Shown here in pieces: positions 53,560 through 64,000 of a DNA stretch of 64,000 nucleotides. The first letter of the stretch is position 1. Every line of letters begins with the position of its first letter. Both the position numbers and the translations under genes were made by a program. The stretch covers positions 70,608,284 to 70,672,283 of the forward strand of contig NC_068988.1 of assembly GCF_001194135.2 (NCBI RefSeq), given 5' to 3'. Origin of the DNA: Octopus bimaculoides. Lineage: Eukaryota. The notes beneath the pieces are model-generated. The model had not been told where the DNA came from. It was given only the letters and a program-made list of their open reading frames with translations, and searched no databases.

Positions 53560-56000
53560 AATGATGATGTACGTATCTTTCTCCTTGTCCTGATTCATAA
53601 AATCTTTTCGCCAGGTATGAAATGGAGATCTGTCTGTACATTAAAATCACTTTATGGTTGACGTTCGTGCCACTTTCTTCCTACTTTAAATTCTTTTTGC
53701 CATAATATGTCCCAGTGTAGTGCTTTAGTGATATAATCGTGTCTTCGTCTATATTCCTTCTGTACAAGTGGATTGCAGAAACCTATTATTTGTGTATCGA
53801 ATTCCTCTTTCTTATTACATACTCTTCGTTTTGCTCATTTTGCGGATTTGTCTATTTTTGCCTTCGTCCTCAATGACTGGATTTGAGTAGCTGTTATGAG
53901 TCCTTATGTTTTTTTTTATTCTTAAGACTTCCATTATTCAGTCTATTTCTGTTGTGTCTCGTTTATCATTTTCTAGCTTCTTACCCTTTTGAATGGGAAA
54001 ATCCAATAAAATCTTGCATTCCTCCGACTCAAGCACTCTTCATAGCTAGTATTCCCAGTCTCAAATCTTCATTTAGAGCAAAGATTCCAGTGCAAAACTC
54101 TCAAAACCTTGTTGTACCTCCATTTCTTATATTGACCCTGAGCCAACCTCAGATATTCTACAACAATGTGTGCCATTGTTTCATCCCAAATTACATACGC
54201 TACATTTTGCTGACACATTCTCCCGATACACATACTTTCTGAAGTGTTGTGTTTTTAACACTTTATCTTGACCTGCTATAATAAGGCCCTCTGTTTCCTT
54301 TTCTTAATTCCCCCTTTTTTAAACAAGCTCAGGTCTTTGTTTCACATACATCCTCAGTAGCTTTTCACAACTGACCATGGAAAGGTTTAATCTATTTGAC
54401 ATGCTCTCTTTGAAGTTCATTTTTGTCCTTTTTTCCTGTTCCACACTTGATCGCCTGTTCTTTATTCACTGTCTATAGTAATTCCTCAGTGCTATTCTGT
54501 AAATATACACTCTTCCATAGCAATTTAACCTCTTCCACCCAGGTCTTTTTTCAAGTACAACTGGTTAATATTAGTTTTAGGATGGTGAGCTCCATATTTT
54601 GTCAAAAGCTTTCTAGTTTTACTGTCAAGTTTTTGTAAGTCGCTTTCGGTCCAGTCTAAAATCCCAGCTCCATTTATGATTGCCGGTACTGCTCTTGCAT
54701 TTATTGCTTCAATAATAGTTTTTAAATTCAACTTTAGCTGTAATATTTTACTCCCTACTGGTAATTTGCATCATCTCTTCATGTTTTATTTTGCCTACCT
54801 CCTCCATTATTTCCAAATATTTATACCACTGTCCTTTCTCAACTGCCTTCATTTTTTTCCAATTTCGCATTTCAATTCCTTGGCTTCCGTCAAATCTTTC
54901 CCGTTTCGTTATCAATATAGTGCATTCTTCAGTTCCAAATTCCATACCTACATCATTTGAGAATAAGCGAACAGCATGTACAAGGCTTTCAAGCTGCTTC
55001 TTAATTTTCGCATGAAGCTTTATATCATCCATAAATCAGAGATGATTTATCGGACTATATGCTTTTATTGAATCATACGCTATTTTAACTTTTCATAATA
55101 TCAAACTGAGCGGTATAATAGTCAATACAAATAGTAATGGCAACAAGCTATCACCTTGAAATATATCTCGTCTGATGTTCACTTTCCCAAGTCTTTATTT
55201 TCCTCTTATTCTATATTCCATATTCCAATTTTTCATACTTTCCTTTACCGTTTTCTCCTTATATTCTGCCTCTCCAAACATACTCATTGTTTTCCTTATT
55301 CAACTGCGGGGCACCATGGTATGCGTCTACAATCATCATTTTATCAATTTATTTGTGCTCTCTTGTTGCCCTACTTTGTTTACTGCTATTTGTTTGTTCT
55401 ACTGGAAGTAGATTTTCGCTTTCCATATTACATTTCCACCAAGACACCGGTTAAAAGTAGTAAACAGGTGATAGGTCGAACATTTCGATATCAATCTGCT
55501 TTTCAAGGCATCCTTGATGTATAGCAAGATTAGTCTACATGTCATCCAGGTAAGGACGTGTCCCTGCTGCATGCGGTCATCTAGGTGTGCAGCGACCGTT
55601 TCGTGCAACTGTGTAAAATTATTCATCCAGTAATCTTGTACTCTATCTGGGCCAGGTCTTCTCCAATTTACTATTTTTAAAGCTTCAGTCTCACTGAAAA
55701 CAGATCAGTTCTGACGTCGGTTTGCCTTCATACAATTGCAAGTGTCCCCCCGCCTGTGTTAACCACTCTCCACTTCCTTTATATTCACTGGCCTGTTCCA
55801 AATCTCTTCCCCAATTACTTCACTTTCTTCCTCATCAGGAATCTCTTTCTTCCTAATGCTTTTCCTCACTGTATTTCCTCAAAAAGCTGCCTTCTATTTG
55901 ATTGAAACAATCTAGTCTATTCAAAAGCTTTGCATTCAGCATCATTTTCAATTTAGCCTTTAACGCTGTCATACTTTGTAACAGTTATTCATGTGCAGTT
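53560..56000 (-). mobile_element. Second R4/Dong-clade non-LTR retrotransposon (RT through zinc knuckle), decayed
   Basis: APGPDRVQDYW, RRDIFQGDSLLPLLF, (Y)MDDIKL, YKYL, DLGGRG, and its own QKEYRRRHD near 53740-53760. Confidence 0.85.
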
Positions 56001-56191
56001 TGTTTTCCCCTTTCTTGTAATCTGTACTGTCCATCCGGACAAAAGTTTTAGCGGCATTCCGGCTTTTTGGTTCGGACTTCAAATGCCGTTGAGGTTTATA
56101 TTACCTTTCATCTTTTCGTGCTCAATAAACTAAGTACCAGTTGAGTACTATGGCAACGAAACAGGAGAAAGGGTAGTATCCATTGCTTTCA

Positions 56192-56251
56192 GAGTGATCC
56201 AGGATTGGAGTGATCCAGGATCGGAGTGATCCAGGATCGGAGTGATCCAGG
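56192..56251. repeat. 16-bp tandem repeat x ~4 (GAGTGATCCAGGATCG)
   Basis: Directly visible. Confidence 0.9.
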
Positions 56252-57051
56252 CATTCATTGTTTGTACTTGGGTGAAGCTATTATTATTGGGGATTGTTTT
56301 CTGTTATCAGTTTCATTCATAATTATTGTTGGTTTATTTTTTACGCGAATATATGTAAATCTCCACAAACTTTTGACTTTGTAGAGTTCAAAATGATCCT
56401 TCTACGCTTGTGGCCAAGAAAGAAAGTAACATTTCTTTTGTTGTTCTTGTCTCTGACTTAGATTTTCCTTGTTAATCTTCCTGTAGATATCAAGATGTAT
56501 CCCTCAAACTTAGGTATATAGCAACTTTCTTATAGGCTTTGCTATTCCAACCGAGCAAGTTTTTTTTTATTAAATCCGGAATTCATTTTCATATTCAGCA
56601 TCCTCCACAATCATTCATACCTCTCGCAACTGTTCTAAAGAACCGTAATCAATTTGTATATTGATTACGGTAATTCCAGATACCTTGCACTTTATATGTT
56701 AGGTCATGGAATTTTTCGAGTTTCTTCATTTTTTTCTACTACTCTTGTTTTTAAAGTACAAGCACTATCGTTTAAGCAACACACATTTTTCTCTTTATTA
56801 AGTATGATATTATAATCTAGACGTGAATGTTTTATTTGCATATGTGTTTGAAGTTTCATATCCCATAGTCCATGTTGTATGGTCAGAACATTTTTGTATA
56901 TCTTTAAATCTATAATTTCTTTTTGATTTGCTAAAGTGTGATTATAGCAGTATTGTCATGTCTTCAGCACTTCAGTTCTATATTTAAGAGATGAGGAATT
57001 ATGCACACTATTTACATTTGACGGATATTTGTCCTCATCTTTTTTGTTGTT

Positions 57052-57091
57052 AACACAACGTTTCGGCTGATATACCTCCAGCCTTCATCAG
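57052..57091 (-). ncRNA. Hammerhead motif (family 1) in the inverted pLTR, lacking the 5' strand of stem I
   Basis: Reverse complement CTGATGA-A-GGCTGG-AGGTATA-TCAGCC-GAAA-CGT-T-GTGTT; the junction with the ORF falls exactly 5' of CTGATGA. Confidence 0.65.
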
Positions 57092-57870
57092 CTAGCATTC
57101 CTGGACGTATTAATAACACGCACCAAGTATGGATTCAGGACATCCGTATACCGCAAGCCGACCTTCACTGGACGATACCTCAACTTCAACTCCCACCATC
57201 TATACAGTGTAAAGAGAGGGATTGCTCAGTGTCTAAAACATCGAGCAATGAATATAAGTAGCGATTGTGATACACACCACGAAGAAATGATCAAGCTCAG
57301 TAACAATCTATTAAGCAACTACTACCCCCAAAGCATACTCTCTACTCCAATTATGAAGAAAAGAGAAGATAAAACGAATAAACTGTCCACAGCCTGTCTA
57401 CACTATGTGAAAGACCTCTCCGAAAAGATACAAAAGATATGCGGCCCATATGACATCAGGACAGTATTCAAAAGTAATACAACACTTCGCAAATATCTCT
57501 CTCGAGTAAAACCACCAATAGAAGGGAATATGACCAAGAACTGCGTGACTCCGTCCCATGCAGCTGTGGTGGGATATACAAAGGCGAAACATGTCACCCC
57601 CTCAAAATAAGAGTAGAGGAACAATTCTGTGACACAGGGAGATATTGATAAATCGGGTATAGATGATCATATATGGAAAAATGGAGACCACCACCCCCTG
57701 TGGGATGAAGTTAAAATAATAGACATAGAACGCCACTGAAAAATACGAAAACTAAAAGAAACAGAACATATGCTAGGACACAACAACCTCCTAAGCAGAC
57801 CGAATGCAGATATGAACAGCATATGGGAACCAGTATTAAGGAAGGATAGGAGAATATTAGATTTATAAGC
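57092..57870 (+). pseudogene. Penelope RT C-terminus + GIY-YIG endonuclease, frameshifted
   Basis: LAFLDVLI, VYRKPTFTGRYLNFNSHH..SVKRGIAQCLKHRA, YVKDLSEKIQKIC, then PCSCGGIYKGET..LKIR, GI.DHIWKNGDHHPLWDEVKIID. Confidence 0.88.
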
Positions 57871-57898
57871 CTTAAAATTCACTCCATAATTTCCCACG

Positions 57899-57970
57899 AG
57901 CATATGGCGTAGTGGTTAAGAGCGCGGGCTAATAACCTCAAGATTCCGAGTTCGATTCCAGGCAGTGACC
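57899..57970 (+). promoter_or_regulatory. tRNA-like head with Pol III A and B boxes inside the PLE 3' region
   Basis: A box TGGCGTAGTGG 57905-57915; B box GAGTTCGATTCC 57948-57959; not a complete cloverleaf, so not called a tRNA gene. Confidence 0.7.
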
Positions 57971-58033
57971 TGAAGAATAATAATAATAATAATAATAACA
58001 TCGAAAAATACCATAGGTTCGAAATTTCCCCAA

Positions 58034-58079
58034 GACACCTGATGAAGGCTGGAGGGTATATCAGGCGAAACGTTGTGTT
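58034..58079 (+). ncRNA. Minimal type I hammerhead ribozyme (family 1, PLE pLTR)
   Basis: Stem I GACAC/GTGTT; CTGATGA 58039-45 + A; stem II GGCTGG/TCAGGC (one G.G mismatch); GAAA 58067-70; palindromic stem III ACGT; predicted cleavage after T58074 (GUU). Confidence 0.75.
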
Positions 58080-59779
58080 AACAACAAACACGATTTGTAC
58101 AAATATCCGTCAAATCTTCAGTATTAGTTTATAGATCCTTTGTGCAAGCATTTTAGATTCACAGAATGCATGCGCAATTTCATTCCACGTTCGATAAGGA
58201 CTCGTCTGTGGCCTTCCTTTCTAATATGTTAACCTACGGGGCTATAATCAAACCTTCTATCTCTTTAAAACACATTTACTCAATACTCTTCAGCACTTTG
58301 AAAAGCATGTATTCAAAAGTAATACAACACTTCGCAAATATCTCTTTCGAGTAAAACCACCAATAGAAGGGAATATGACCAAGAACTGCGTGTACTCCGT
58401 CCCATGCAGCTGTGGTGGGATATACAAAGGCGAAACATGTCACCCCCTCAAAATAAGGGTAGAGGAACAATTCTGTGACACAGGGAGATATTGATAAATC
58501 GGGTATAGCTGATCATATATGTATCGCTAATTATTTTCACTTTTTTCTTCAGTAACCTAATATATTTTGCCATCGTATTACTATCAAAATCACCTATTCA
58601 CTTTTACTTCCATAACCTCTCTATGTCTACCCTAACACAGTATTTACTTATGCCTTCTTCCATTCTTTCTCTTGAAATACAGTGCGTCATTGGGTTTGGA
58701 TTTTAGTATTCTCTCCTTACAATTTGGAAATATTCTCTCCTCATTTTGTAGCAGTGGAATATTTAGATTTTTAGATTGGGTTGATATCCTAATTTTCAAT
58801 CTATATTCTCCTGAAAGAAACTCTTCCATATATGCAAGGATTTTCAACTGTGACGATATGTGAAAATGCTGTCTCCTTAGATTACTAGTCCACTCTGTCT
58901 TACACAGTTTCCATTAACCTTGCGGCCATAAGCGAGTTATTAATCTACAAATATACATAAACATATACGTAGACATACATTCTTCTACACATAAATACAA
59001 ACGAGGCTGACGGTACAAAGAAGGAAATGTAAATAGTATGTCTATATACACAGTTTCACACACATTCATATATGTAAGTGTAAAAACACACCTACACACA
59101 CATACACTCACCTACAAACATATATATATGTACATATATATATATATANNNNNNNNNNNNNNNNNNNNNNNNNNNNNNNNNNNNNNNNNNNNNNNNNNNN
59201 NNNNNNNNNNNNNNNNNNNNNNNNNNNNNNNNNNNNNNNNNNNNNNNNNNNNNNNNNNNNNNNNNNNNNNNNNNNNNNNNNNNNNNNNNNNNNNNNNNNN
59301 NNNNNNNNNNNNNNNNNNNNNNNNNNNNNNNNNNNNNNNNNNNNNNNNNNNNNNNNNNNNNNNNNNNNNNNNNNNNNNNNNNNNNNNNNNNNNNNNNNNN
59401 NNNNNNNNNNNNNNNNNNNNNNNNNNNNNNNNNNNNNNNNNNNNNNNNNNNNNNNNNNNNNNNNNNNNNNNNNNNNNNNNNNNNNNNNNNNNNNNNNNNN
59501 NNNNNNNNNNNNNNNNNNNNNNNNNNNNNNNNNNNNNNNNNNNNNNNNNNNNNNNNNNNNNNNNNNNNNNNNNNNNNNNNNNNNNNNNNNNNNNNNNNNN
59601 NNNNNNNNNNNNNNNNNNNNNNNNNNNNNNNNNNNNNNNNNNNNNNNNNNNNNNNNNNNNNNNNNNNNNNNNNNNNNNNNNNNNNNNNNNNNNNNNNNNN
59701 NNNNNNNNNNNNNNNNNNNNNNNNNNNNNNNNNNNNNNNNNNNNNNNNNNNNNNNNNNNNNNNNNNNNNNNNNNNNNNN

Positions 59780-60138
59780 AATGCTTAACGGTATTTTGTC
59801 TGCCGTTACGTTCTGAGTTCAAATTCCGCCGAGGTCGACTTTGCCTTTCATCCTTTCGGGGTCGATAAATTAAGTACCAGTTACGCACTGGGGTCGATGT
59901 AATCGACTTAATCCGTTCGTCTGTTCTTGTTTGTTCCCTCTATGTTTAGCCCCTTGTGGGCAATAACGAAATAGGTATTTCGTCTGTCTTTACGTTCTCA
60001 GTTCAAATTCCGCCGTCGTCGACTTTGCCTTTCATCCTTTTGGGGTCGATACAGTTAGTACCAGTTGTGTACTGCAATCGATCTAATCAACTGGTCCCCT
60101 TCCCCAAAAATTTCGTGCCTTGTGCCTAGAGTAGAAAA
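59780..60138 (+). mobile_element. SINE family C, tandem pair of bodies (5' head in gap)
   Basis: GGTATTT(T/C)GTCTG..TTACGTTCT.AGTTCAAATTCCGCCG...GACTTTGCCTTTCATCCTTT occurs at ~59790 and ~59975; tail GTGCCTAGAGTAGAAAAG. Confidence 0.88.
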
Positions 60139-62369
60139 GGAATAAAATGGATTGTTCTGATATCTCAATATAGTGAGATTTACAGTAACAATGCATCTAT
60201 TTTTTCTGCTTGTCGTTTTCCATTTCTGACAATTCCTTGTGGTAGCCGTTGTATTTGCTTCAGCAAAGATAGAATGATGGACGGAATGTGAAATACTAAA
60301 CAAAGCCACAAACTTTAGTCACTTTCAATAATGCTTGTTATTGATGCTAGCACTACTTCCTTAACACCAACAAGTATATAGAATTATCGTTGTATTACGC
60401 ATACTTCCACTTTCAATCCATTATTTCTATATTGATCGATCAAATATATCTTCTGTACGAAAACAGACAAAGGAACAGAAAAAAAGTCCAATTTTTTTGA
60501 GAATTGAAAATTTTAAATGGAAAAAAACCTGAAGAATAGCATAAAGTTTCGGAACTTTATCAGAAATAAGTTATTTTGAAATATCCATTACATACTACAG
60601 TTAACAGACAGAAGGAAATCAACATGACCATCCTTGAGATAAATTATATACAGATGCACGCACACATAAACACACACACACTTATTAACATGTATGTATA
60701 CACATCGGTATAACATTTAAGTATATATGGTGGTTACTAGCAAGGACAGTATATCATTTTCCAAACAGAACACACTACCAAGTATATTAAAAGTTTACAA
60801 GTTAATAATGTGTCACACTTTTTGTGTTAGCAAAGACATATTCTCATTTTAAGTGACAAACTATAGATTTCCGGGAAAATTCAGAATCAGCACAGTTAGT
60901 TCGACGTTACGTAGTCAAATACGTCTATGTAAACAATACGATCGAAGAAAAAAAGATATCATCTTGGTAATGGATGTATATAGATATTTCAATAGTTATT
61001 GATCTTTCGAAAGCACCACATCCAACCCATCAACTATCCACAAACGCTTTTCATAAATACTCACTAAGTTTAGCACTCTAAAACTATTAGTTAGACCAAT
61101 TTACGTCAAAACACATTCCCGGTAGTTACTTGGTCGTACATTACGTTTGTAAATCGAAATAACTGTGTCCTTGCTCGTAATTAATATTTCCGTCCCAGCA
61201 GTAACCCCACACTCTATCGCCCGGTACCGTCTCCAATGTTTGTATCCTTCTTCGGTGGTTAACAGAGAAACATAATCATTATTATCGCTATACGTTACTA
61301 TGACAGTATAACATTAGTCTAAATATGAATCATACATAAGCTGTATTTTTAATGATCATAGTTAAACAATCACAACTTGGACAACACCATATCACAGACT
61401 ATGCACAGACTAAAATCAAGTGACGTAAATGCGAATACGAATATTATATGGAGAAATAGTGACAAAGCAACAGAGTTTAAGAATTGATTTATCTTTTATA
61501 TTTGTTTACAGTCAGATTCTATCCTATTCCAGTCTGCTGCAGGTATCTACATACGTGAATCCCAAAATGAAAATATAAATTTATCTGAGAAGACCACATG
61601 GTGTTTAATGGGAGGTTCATTTCCCGCATAACAAATCAAAAGTATCCAACACTTTCGCAATCCACGTATCACATTTTCATTACGTCAGTCTCACTATTGA
61701 GTACATTTGACTGTAATGTATGTCGCACAACCTTTATGATTGCTGAAATATCCGGTTTTGTAATACACAATTATCAATCTAAGTATTTATGTATCATCAA
61801 ACTCTTCACTTTCTTTCACTCTATCCCAACAACAAACCGCCTTCTCACCACCTAAATACATCACACAAACATATATTACATATATATACATGTGTGTATA
61901 TATATGTATATGTGTGTAGTATTAGCCCGCAGTGGAACATGTCTGCATGCAAGTTTAGAAAAAGATGAGGCCACTTGCATAACGGTGACACCCTTTTAAA
62001 AGTTTCGTGCGATATCATGGCAAAGAAACACAAGAGACATGAATACCAGAACGCACATACACGCATACACAAAAAACATCCGCATATAGGTTCGTATGTA
62101 CGTATATANNNNNNNNNNNNNNNNNNNNNNNNNNNNNNNNNNNNNNNNNNNNNNNNNNNNNNNNNNNNNNNNNNNNNNNNNNNNNNNNNNNNNNNNNNNN
62201 NNNNNNNNNNNNNNNNNNNNNNNNNNNNNNNNNNNNNNNNNNNNNNNNNNNNNNNNNNNNNNNNNNNNNNNNNNNNNNNNNATATATATATACATGTATA
62301 CATGTATATATATTTATATATATATTTGTATATATATATATATACATTCTTTTATTCTTTTAAATATTG

Positions 62370-62450
62370 TTTTGTTTCAGTCATCTCACTGCGGCCATGC
62401 TGGAGCACCGCCTTTAGTCGACCAAATCGACCCCAGGACTTATTTTTTGT
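62370..62450 (-). mobile_element. SINE family A 3' tail
   Basis: TGTTTCAGTCAT...TGCGGCCATGCTGGAGCACCGCCTTTAGTCGA is the reverse complement of 3365-3415. Confidence 0.85.
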
Positions 62451-63409
62451 AAGCCCACTACTTATTATATTCCCACCTACATCATAGATTTTCAAATATT
62501 TGCATACATATTTTTTTACATGTGCATACATATACGTATGTGTGAGAGTATGTGCGTATGCGTGCACGAAATTAATTTCTCTGCCTCATTATTCGAGTGT
62601 CTATTCCTCTTTTGTTGACAAACTACCTGATTTTATTTTGCATAATATATGAGGAACGATACAACATAAATTCTTTTGTTGTTCTTATTTCGTCTTGAGA
62701 CCATTACAGATACATATTTAATCGACCAGTAATGCACGGTGGAACCAATTATGATTGTTGAGACGTATTTATGTTTCTTTCTTCTTCGGGCTTGATCCAC
62801 AATATTCGACATCGAATTTTCGATATTTCTTTGTCATTAATTATAGTTATAGGATTCGTTCTTATGTGACCCGTTTTGCAATAATTCTAATTGGATGTCA
62901 TTAGAAGTCACGAAGTGACAGTCGAATGATTATTGGCGTTACTCTAATATTGACTGCTTAAGTGACACTAATGTTTCAGAGGAGAATATTGTCAATTAGG
63001 CAAATCATAATATATTAGTCGTTTTTATTATATTAACCGGAGAATGATGTAAAGCGGAGGCATGTTAAGTAGGATCGTTCTGATTTGAATCTATATAATG
63101 ACTTTCAATCTTGAGTGCAGTCAGTTATTCTGCTCCATTATATTTTGAGAGAAAATAATATCTTAATGGTAGAAAGCAGTTATACTCGAATATTTTCAAT
63201 ATAGTGTATGACAGTATTCAAAAAAATTATAAAGCACCATCAAAACCGATATTTCTAATTTTTCGTTGGGGTTAGATCTTAGTCACATGTATTCTAAACT
63301 ATGTATGATATCGTTTAATCGTTTAGAGTTTATAAGGACCAGTATTTCATTATAAATGAATTGAATTAACGCTGATGTTGAATAAATCCATTTCATTATT
63401 AGGAAGCAG

Positions 63410-63625
63410 GAAGGCTGTGAGGTGGCGGAAACGTTAACACGCTGGCCATAATACTTCGCAGCGGTCCTTCCAGATTACCTCCTGTGTTCAAATTCCACTG
63501 AGTTCAACTTTGCCTTTCATCTCTTTCAGGGTTGATAAAATAAGTACCAGGGAAGCGATGGAGTCGATGTGATTGACTAGCCCACGCCATACAAGATTTC
63601 AGATCTTGTACCTATTATTATAGGA
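63410..63625 (+). mobile_element. SINE family C, degenerate
   Basis: GTTCAAATTCCACTGAGTTCAACTTTGCCTTTCATCTCTTTCAGGGTTGATAAAATAAGTACCAG. Confidence 0.75.
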
Positions 63626-64000
63626 TTATTAGGAAGCAGGAAACATTCACATTGAACGTATTAATTTTAGGTTATCTGATTATAAAACATTTTTTGAATT
63701 TCTATTAATGTTTATGACATGAGTCACAGGATTTTCAGGTTCTCTGCGACGAGGTCGTTGGCGGTGAGAAGTTACATAAGATTAATACTCTGGATTTGAA
63801 GAATTGAGTGAATTGCTGAAAGTAGTGTTTAGGCAGAGAAACACAGTGCGGTTGATGTGAGAAAGTGAGGTATTCTGAGTAAACATGAGTGTTGTGTTAG
63901 TAGTATACATCAAGCTAGTTGATGGGAATATTTATAGTAGTAGGCAATAGTAGCAAAAATATAATTGGTAGGCAAAGAGACAGATTTTTCTGTTAGTTAG

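Larger units (their letters stand above)
56973..58115 (+). mobile_element. 5'-truncated Penelope-like element with inverted 5' pseudo-LTR and direct 3' pseudo-LTR
   Basis: 56973-57091 is the reverse complement of the pLTR seen at 58039-58115; between them lies a PLE RT/GIY-YIG fragment. An inverted 5' pLTR is an established PLE configuration. Confidence 0.88.

Noticed and set aside
57899-57970. Functional tRNA gene
   Set aside because: A and B boxes are present but no complete acceptor stem or cloverleaf; embedded in a retroelement.
61510-61546. 37-nt minus-strand candidate exon (IPAADWNRIESD) phase-compatible with the 48.9-kb exon
   Set aside because: Acceptor lacks a proper pyrimidine tract; phase match has a 1-in-3 chance.
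4441-62487. Long ORFs containing X runs (e.g. 7135..7836, 39878..40717, 59038..59868)
   Set aside because: They are open only because they span N gaps.
1-64000. CRISPR arrays, rRNA genes, prokaryotic operons
   Set aside because: No repeat-spacer arrays, rRNA-like tracts or dense ORFs; sequence is eukaryotic repeat-rich DNA.

Overview
AT-rich, gap-ridden (many N runs) eukaryotic non-coding DNA, almost entirely made of microsatellites and decayed transposable elements. The repeat landscape (three tRNA-derived SINE families, abundant (TA)/(TG)/(GATA)/(AAT) tracts, Tc1/mariner relics) looks like an octopus/cephalopod assembly; this is an inference, not a search result. No intact protein-coding gene is visible; one 88-nt minus-strand exon candidate (48835-48922) suggests the window may be intronic. 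Elements supported from sequence: four mariner relics (two with both TIRs), two maT/DD37D-like elements, one Tc1, a Chapaev3-type element with TAA target duplication, LINE relics (CR1/L2-like, Tx1-like, RTE endonuclease, two R4/Dong-type copies) and a 5'-truncated Penelope-like element (PLE) with an inverted pseudo-LTR. The most interesting layer is RNA-structural. There are four minimal type I hammerhead-ribozyme motifs from two unrelated families (20897, 33479, 57052, 58034). One family sits downstream of a tRNA-like Pol III head that carries a fold-back copy of its own 5' end. One such insertion appears to have copied ~178 bp of its downstream target in inverted orientation. Several long fold-back hairpins are also present. 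PLE hammerheads are a known class; the tRNA-head/hammerhead composite and the inverted target copy are what may be undescribed.
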